Origin: Eledone cirrhosa
Lineage: Eukaryota
Assembly: GCA_964016885.1 (NCBI GenBank)
Contig: OZ024755.1
Location: 24,366,001-24,430,000, forward strand
DNA length: 64,000 nucleotides
Reading direction: 5' to 3'
Every line of letters starts with the position of its first letter. The stretch's first letter is position 1. The notes under the pieces are model-generated. The model was not told where the DNA came from. It ran no database searches and worked only from the letters and a program-made list of their open reading frames with translations. Made by a program: the position numbers and the translations under genes. Shown here in pieces: positions 55,268-64,000 of this stretch.

Positions 55268-55871
55268 GTGTGTGTGTGCATGTGTGTGAGTGTGTGATTG
55301 TGTGTGCGCGTGTGTGTGTATGGGGATTTTTGGATAGATAGACAGAAGAATAAAAAAATATATATATAGAGAGAGAGAGATAGATAGAAGGATATATATA
55401 TATATATATATATCTTTTTATTCTATTTATCTATCCATCTATCTATCTATTCACCCCCTTCCCTCTATCTATGTATCTATGGTATGGGGTTAACAAACTT
55501 GAATGAGGATTTCTATCCCTTAGTTCTAGATGATTTGATACAGAGTCCAATTTAAAGAACTTTTCATCGTGGGGTTTCTATAAGGTATTTGACACAACAG
55601 TAAAGTCAGCTCTGATGAAACGACTAAAACCATCTGTTTTAGCCTTGCCACAACAATATTGTTGATTCAAATGCTGGGTGTTCGCTGGCGTCTCAAGTTG
55701 CACCACATACATCTCTCACTATATGGCTAGCAAAGAAAAGAAAAAAAACAACAACTAGTTGAGTTGATGCTAGACTTTTGCACCTTTTGCACTCATTTTA
55801 ACCGGGGTAACCGCACCAGCGGTAGCCATGTTAATGTAAGAGGTTTGTTTTCTTTCTTTCTTATATATATT

Positions 55872-55905
<34 letters not shown>

Positions 55906-55918
55906 CATTTATACGTGC

Positions 55919-55951
<33 letters not shown>

Positions 55952-56233
55952 TGTATGTATGTATGTATGTATGTATGTATGTATGTATGTATGTATGTAT
56001 GTATGCATGTATGTGTGTATTATTTCTTCATTTGTTAGTCTGTGTGTGGTGTACGGACGGAACCCGTGATGCTTCTCTCCATGAATCGTCTGTTTGATAG
56101 ACCAAAGCAGACCAGATCAACTTCCTGCGCCCCCACACCCCTGGAATCATATTTCGAACTCACTAAAAAAAATTGTTCTTAAAAACTGAGATTGCCCCAG
56201 TTTCAGGAAACACTTCTAGCTTGAAAAAACAAA

Positions 56234-56286
<53 letters not shown>

Positions 56287-56431
56287 ATTTAATAAAAAAT
56301 ATGATCAACACTAATGTGTTTTTTTTGCAAATTGACAATAATTTTTTAGCCAGATAGAAATACCTTAATTCAAGTACATATAGCCCGCCTGTATTAATAA
56401 TTGTATTTGACTACTAAATTGAAATAAATTG

Positions 56432-56471
<40 letters not shown>

Positions 56472-56659
56472 ATGAAATGACAAAGGATTTACACAAGTCC
56501 AGCCTCCTGTCATTTCATTATAATATTTAACTCCGTACTACCACCACCAACTACAAAAACAAAGCGGTTGAACTGCTTTACGTTGAGTACTCTCCATATT
56601 ATTACATTAAGATTGACCATACGGAATTGACCAGCTCTATCCAGTGGTGAACCTCAAAC

Positions 56660-56723
<64 letters not shown>

Positions 56724-56829
56724 ATGTGTGTGTGTGTACACTTCTTCCCCATAAGAGTATTTTTTCGTCACCGAATACTGGGTGTTGAGATTCACTTAAG
56801 GTGGTGTAGAGCAAATATATGTATATGTA

Positions 56830-56887
<58 letters not shown>

Positions 56888-57464
56888 CACACATATATAT
56901 ATGCATATGTATATAAATATATATAAATATATATATATATATATACACACACATATATACATATACACATATATATAATATGCATTCATACATTCATCCA
57001 TCCATCCATCCATCCATCCATCCATCCATCCATCCATACATACATACATACATACATACATACATACATACATACATACATACATACATACATACACACT
57101 GATATATCAAGTAATCTCTAGTGGCAACTAATGGTAATTATGTTAAAGCGTCCACCTGATAACCTTGACAGAAATACCGTAATGACGTGTGAGAACATGA
57201 TTTGATTGCCAATGTGGGGTTACGGTTTCAAATTTCGGTGGGAAGAGAGAACCAAGGAAATGGAAAGAAATGGAAAAAAAAAACGGGTGGTAGTTATGTA
57301 TGTATGTATGTATATATGTATTTATGTATGTATTTGTGTATGTATGTGTGTGTATGTATGTGTGTATATATGTGTGTGTGCATGTATGTTGGTGTATAAG
57401 CTAATGTAGATAAAAAGAATGATATATATATATATACATAAGTTAACATATATACACAGACACA

Positions 57465-57516
<52 letters not shown>

Positions 57517-58619
57517 CGTGTCTATCTGGCTAGCTATTTCTCTCTCTCTTTCATTATTCCTTCCCCCATCTGTCTCTCTATATATAGAGAGAGGGGGGGG
57601 GGAGAAGGGGGAGAAGAGAGAGAGAGAGAGAGAGGGAAAGCGAGATATCTAGATAGATAGATAAATAGACAGATAGACAGTTAGATAGATGGATGTCTAA
57701 TGGATGTCTAGAAAGAATGATAAACATTATCATATACATGTAGATCTTTTTCTCTTGTTATACCTCCCCCCTCTCTCTCTCTATCTCCACACACACACGT
57801 GCATATATATATATATACATAGCTAAATAGTATTTATGTGTGTGTGTACCTGTGTGTTATCTACTGTTCTAGTTGTAAGGTAACCGATACTACACGGAAA
57901 ACAAACCCCATCACACACGATTTTTTGATTCCCTGGATGGATATCACTTTACCACCACCCTCTCTCTCCCTCTCTCTCTCTCCCCCCTCTCTTTCTCTCA
58001 CCCCCCCTCTCTCTCTCTCCCCCCTCTCTTTCTCTCACCCCCCCTCTCTCTCTCTCCCCTCATCTCGTCAAATCTGCGTATTTTTTAAGAGTCATTGTCG
58101 CCTTTTATTGTTATAATTGTTTCAGTGATTTTTTTTTCATTCTTACCTCCCCTCTTTCTCATTATAACTCTTACGTATTATTTAGAACAGAAGGGGAAAA
58201 AAGGAAGATTGTATATGAAGTTGAGCATGTATGTGTGGTGGGTAGTATTAAGCTCCTCATGAAAGTGGATGAAATAAACAATTAATGTGAAGAGCGCTAT
58301 CAATTTCGTTGGCTGGTTGGGGGCAATGTTAGGTGTGATGGTGTGCTGATGGTGTGGTGATGGTGTGCTAACGGTGTGGGGATGATGTAGTGATGGTGTG
58401 GTGATGGTATGGCGATGGTGTGGCGATGGCTTGGTGATGGTGTTCTCTGATGGTGTGGTGATGGTGTGGTGATAGTGTTTTTTGATGGTGTGGTAATAGT
58501 GTGGTGATGGTGTGGTGATGGTGTGATATAAAACTAAAAAATATAATGTTAGTTCCATAAATAGGATTAATCAAAGCAATATAAATTGGAGCAGACGCCC
58601 TAGTCACCGTAACGGTAAC

Positions 58620-58930
58620 CTTCATACAGCGATCTACAGAAACCCGTCAATCTGCCCCCGGTAATTGCCTGACTGAAAATATAGTTTATCAATGTACTAT
58701 CTATATACCAACTAATAACAATTTAAATTTCGATAGGAAGAAAAATTAAGTAGCTCCACCTCATTAGGGGGACTTAAAAGCTCCACCTCATTATATGGGA
58801 CTTAAAAGAAACCAATATTGAGTGCTCTATTAACTGGAGTATTCTTAAAACTGCCCAGGCATACCAGCCAAGAAACCGTAATTATAACTGATTGATACAT
58901 TGTTTGCATGTATTTACAAGCTTCTCACCT
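58620..58930 (+). mobile_element. Penelope-like (Neptune) GIY-YIG remnant
   Basis: Pieces PGNCLTENIVYQCTI and IWDLKETNIECSINWSILKTAQAYQ; degenerate. Confidence 0.6.
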
Positions 58931-58990
58931 GTATAGAAACTATTGTAGAGATTAAAGATGGATTTAAATTAAAAAAACATTGTTTTTTTT

Positions 58991-59062
<72 letters not shown>

Positions 59063-59401
59063 CAATTAAATGTGCTTACAGTCATTTTCTGTGTTCGGGA
59101 TTTCTACATTTTCCAAGAATATTAATCAACTCAACACTCCGATAGTATATTTTAAAAATGTTGTTTACATCCAAGTTGTTCGTTTAACTTTCTATTGAGA
59201 TGGGTCGTTTAGCTCAAAGGTTAAGAACACTCAACTGGATTTTTGAGTTCCAGATTTAGTTGGCTACTTTTCCAGTAAATCGTGTATTTTCGAAGAAATA
59301 ACAGTAATTTTCTGCATTTAGGATTCCCACATTTTCAAATATATATATATATATATAAAATGTAATTGATCAAAAGAACATCTACGTTATTAATACTTAT
59401 A

Positions 59402-59446
<45 letters not shown>

Positions 59447-59452
<6 letters not shown>

Positions 59453-59534
59453 GTGGTAACACAACAGTTAGTTCACCATATCGAGAACAATTGTTCTCGA
59501 TATGGTGAACTAACTGTTGTGTTACCACTTCTAT
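59447..59534. repeat. Perfect 88 bp palindrome with no spacer
   Basis: 44 bp arms, centre CAA|TTG at 59490/59491. Confidence 0.95.
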
Positions 59535-59591
59535 CTAACTCGTCCCATGGACTGAGTGCTCTACCACTACGGATATTACCTTCCCGTGTTC

Positions 59592-59763
<172 letters not shown>

Positions 59764-59789
59764 TACACACATACACTTATATATATATA

Positions 59790-60526
59790 CTAGCTAAATT
59801 ACCCGTCCTTTGGACGGTTCAAGTAGCTTTCGATGTAGCTCATTAAACTAAACAAAGTAAATTTGAATACATAGAAGAAAAACGTACTTTATGTAAACAT
59901 GAAAACCTTAGGCCCTATTCCAGCGAAATAGTTAATATGTGAGCTCGGTCTCATCCGTTATACCATGTATCAACAGAAATCCAGTCTAGGTATAAATTTT
60001 TTTGACAACAGTAAAAGCACATTATGAAATAGAGAAGTGAAGTGAATAATAGACACTATTTTGTACAAAGCATAATATTGTAAAAGTTATGATATCACTT
60101 AATGTATGAACATCAAGCATGAAACGATAAATTATACAATGTCAAATCTATAACTTAGTAATCTGTTAGAAATTGGTGGTTGTGAAATATATAATGATAT
60201 TGTTAGTCTCAAGGAAGCGCACCTTTTGGTTCAATACAAAGAGTAAAGTAAAATCCGAATGAGCCGAATTACGAAAGATAACTCTTGTCTTACTTAATCA
60301 CGAAAATTGACACAAATAACCGAAACTTTTTTAATGTTTCCAAAAGCCCCAATATCGATTTTTGAAAGCCTTTGTAGATCATGTACAGGTTTTGTGCAAG
60401 GAGAAGCTCTGTAAAAAATTTCAAAGAAATCGCATGAATGGTTTAGAATATATGAGCCCTCATTAAAAATTGTCCACACACACATACACACACATACAGA
60501 AAAGTTCGTCTTTATATATATACAGA
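59790..60526 (-). mobile_element. Non-autonomous Helitron-like element
   Basis: 5' TC, 3' CTAG, subterminal hairpin CCGTCC-TTT-GGACGG, inserted in an AT dinucleotide. Confidence 0.65.
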
Positions 60527-61074
60527 TATATAAAGTGACAATAAGTGTCGATTAAGAGACAGATCCGATTGCATGATCAAACCCGAGCTGATCGATATGG
60601 AAACAAATTGTAACATATAATAAAGTTTACAAAAAGCTGCAATTCTTATTGTCACTTTATATACACTCTGCAAATACAGCCGCCTTAAACCTGGAGCACA
60701 ACCCAACGAGAGACGGACACAGTAACAGCATCGAGTGCTTTGACCAGCGTGGCCACGAGTAACTACAAATTACCCACTTAATAATATATATGGGTTTGCA
60801 CCTAGAACGTTTCCCTCCGGACAAGGAGTTTTTGTAGAAGACCAGTAGTCACCATGCATACCAGTCTCCTCCTCTACATGCCATAGATGTCTCAGGGAAA
60901 GGCAATGGCGGATACAATTGGAATCAGTGATATCGCAACTCATTTCTTGAGCTGAGTGAACTGGAATAAGGACACAATGCATCGACCGGTCCAGGGATCG
61001 AATTCACAAACTCACGATTATGAACCTAACACTCTAACCACTAATCCACGCGCCACCTCCATATAAATGTATGC

Positions 61075-61166
<92 letters not shown>

Positions 61167-61270
61167 GTGTGTGTGTGTCTGTGTGTGTGCGTGCGTGTTT
61201 ATAGATAGATTGAGAGAGATAAATAGATATACATATATACAAACATACATAAATACGTGTATGTGAGCGT

Positions 61271-61305
<35 letters not shown>

Positions 61306-61734
61306 CTCATGTATTAATATTGCATTTTGTTGCCTGTGTATGCTAATATGTATGCGTTTCTATGCGAGTGTATAACTCTGCAAGTGTGTACGTGTGCATG
61401 TGCAAACGCGTGCGTGTGTACTAGTATGCGGGAGCTGGGAGTTGCTTATACTTACATGAACGAATAATAATTGGAAAGTGCAAAATATCCGTTTCAATCT
61501 CATTAATGGTTGCTTCTAATTCAACAAACAGATTCAAGACAGCATGTAGTAATGCCGAGAGAAGACGGTAGCAAGTTCAAACCCAGCTGGGTGTCTAGAT
61601 ATCACAACAAATTAGCTGTCCATTTTGCTGTGTATCCGAAGAGACGTTGCTGAATTTCTGTGATAACATCCTGTACAGTTTTTCTGTGAAGTACTCAAGA
61701 CCCTCTTCCTCTCTACTGTTTTTTACTATTAGTA

Positions 61735-62190
61735 TTATAGAGTATTAGTGTAATAGAGTATTAGTGTTGTAGAGTATTAGTGTAATAGAGTGTTAGTTTT
61801 GTAGAGTATTAGTGTTGTAGAGTATTAGTGTTGTAGAGTATTAGTGTTGTAGAGTATTAGTGTTGTAGAATATTAGTGTTGTAGAGTGTTAGTGTAATAG
61901 AGTATTAGTGTTGTAGAGTATTAGTGTTGTAGAGTATTAGTGTTGTAGAGTATTAGTGTTGTAGAATATTAGTGTTGTAGAGTGTTAGTGTAATAGAGTA
62001 TTAGTGTTGTAGAGTATTAGTGTTGTAGAGTATTAGTGTTGTAGAGTATTAGTGTTGTAGAATATTAGTGTTGTAGAGTGTTAGTGTAATAGAGTATTAG
62101 TGTTGTAGAATATTAGTGTTATAGAGTATTAGTGTAATAGAGTGTTAGTTTTGTAGAGTATTAGTGTTGTAGAGTATTAGTGTTGTAGAG
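61735..62190. repeat. 16 bp minisatellite (AGAGTATTAGTGTTGT), ~28 copies
   Basis: Directly visible. Confidence 0.95.
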
Positions 62191-62412
62191 TTAGGATTAG
62201 TGTCATGGTTAAGGTTAGATTTAGGGTTATAGATTTAGTATTATAGAGTATTAGTATTACAGAGTATTAATTTTATAGAATGTTTATATTCAATGTTAAT
62301 AATATATAACTAAGTGATGCTAAACTTATTTAAAATTACATTAGAATCCAAATTGATTCTCATTTTCAGTTTTCCAAGTTGTTGGTGGAGTTGTATGTGT
62401 GAATGCGTATGA

Positions 62413-62482
<70 letters not shown>

Positions 62483-62723
62483 GTATGTGTATGTGTGTCT
62501 TTAATTTGTGTGTGTAAATCTGGACGACGTTAAATTTCCTATAAAATGTTGATACATCACACTCCTAATAACCTCACTACCAGTCACAGTGGGATACACC
62601 AGTAATTAGAAATATATTTAAAGTAACATACAGCAAATATTTGCGGTTCCAGCGTCGATCCCACCTCTTGGCATCATGGCTAAGTATTTTTATCACATCA
62701 TACACTCGTTCCGACTGAAACGT

Positions 62724-63352
62724 TTTCAGTGAAATTGAGTGTAGGCAAACTGTGTGAAAGCCCGTTGCAATCATAAAATACTCTGTAGGAATTTTTCAGT
62801 GAAATTCGGAGGAGGGAAACTGTGTGGAAGCCCGTTGCAATCATAAAATACTCTGTAGGAATTTTTCAGTGAAATTCGAAGGAGGGAAACTGTGTGGAAG
62901 CCCGTTGCAATCATAAAATACTCTGTAGGAATTTTTCAGTGAAATTCGAAGGAGGGAAACTGTGTGGAAGCCCGTTGCAATCATAAAATACTCTGTAGGA
63001 ATTTTTCAGTGAAATTCGAAGGAGGGAAACTGTGTGGAAGCCCGTTGCAATCATAAAATACTCTGTAGGAATTTTTCAGTGAAATTCGAAGGAGGGAAAC
63101 TGTGTGGAAGCCCGTTGCAATCATAAAATACTCTGTAGGAATTTTTCAGTGAAATTCGAAGGAGGGAAACTGTGTGGAAGCCCGTTGCAATCATAAAATA
63201 CTCTGTAGAAATTTTTCAGTGAAATTCGGAGGAGGGAAACTGTGTGGAAGCCCGTTGCAATCATAAAATACTCTGTAGGAATTTTTCAGTGAAATTCGGA
63301 GGAGGGAAACTGTGTGGAAGCCCGTTGCAATCATAAAATACTCTGTAGAAAT
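62724..63352. repeat. 70 bp minisatellite, 9 near-perfect copies
   Basis: CCCGTTGCAA recurs at 62761, 62831, ... 63321. Confidence 0.95.
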
Positions 63353-64000
63353 TTAGCTATGTTTCTTCACGGCCAAAGTTTAAATTACAGAGAAGACGAT
63401 TCCATGTCCCATAAAAGTAAATAAGAAATCAGTGAAGTTATTAGTAATCAATATAATTTCCTCTTCCTCTCTCCCAACTCTGATATCGATGATCTTCTGT
63501 CTACGTCATTAATCGATATCGATAGTCTTCTGTCTACGTCACTGATCGATATCTACACAAGGTTGATTGCTCCTTGTTTATTTCTTAACCTAAATTCTGT
63601 TATCATACTTCTGTTATCACACACATGTACATACACACACACATATATATGTATATATGTATGTATACTTATGCACAGATATATATGTACGTATGTATGT
63701 ACGTTTATGTGTGTGTGTGTATGTATGTATGTATACATTCTGTATGTATATTTATTGCATATAAACATATAGCATATGCTTTCATAAACACCAGGATTGT
63801 GTGAGTGTGTGTGTGTGTGTATATATATATATATGTGTGTGAATATGTGTGTGTGTCTGTGTGTATGTCTATGTGTGTGTGTGAGTATGTATGTGTCTGT
63901 GTGTGTGTGTGTGCAGGATATCGGTAGATAAACGGTCAAGGAAAACAATGCTCAATCTATTGCAAAAGAGCTTATTTAGTATATATAAAGTTTCATATAC

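Overview
AT-rich, microsatellite-saturated animal genomic DNA. The repeat landscape suggests an octopus or other coleoid cephalopod, which is inference only. Only one convincing host gene is present: an intronless, secreted PRSS23/35-like trypsin-fold serine protease (22552-23670, +). Most other ORFs in the track are translations of (TA)n/(CA)n/(TACA)n/trinucleotide repeats. The rest of the window is mobile DNA: two tRNA-derived SINE families, fragments of RTE, Tx1/L1, CRE and R4/Dong LINEs, two Neptune-type Penelope (GIY-YIG) fragments, hAT, Tc2, mariner and piggyBac MITEs, two Helitron-like elements, and several minisatellites, some built from TE parts. The most interesting signal is a population of short non-coding elements, mostly inside or beside (TA)n tracts. 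Many are fold-backs, and many carry minimal type I hammerhead ribozyme motifs (about 10 motifs from several unrelated families, on both strands). They are consistent with non-autonomous Penelope-dependent or retrozyme-like RNAs. All structures were read by eye, and TE boundaries are approximate unless termini or TSDs are quoted.
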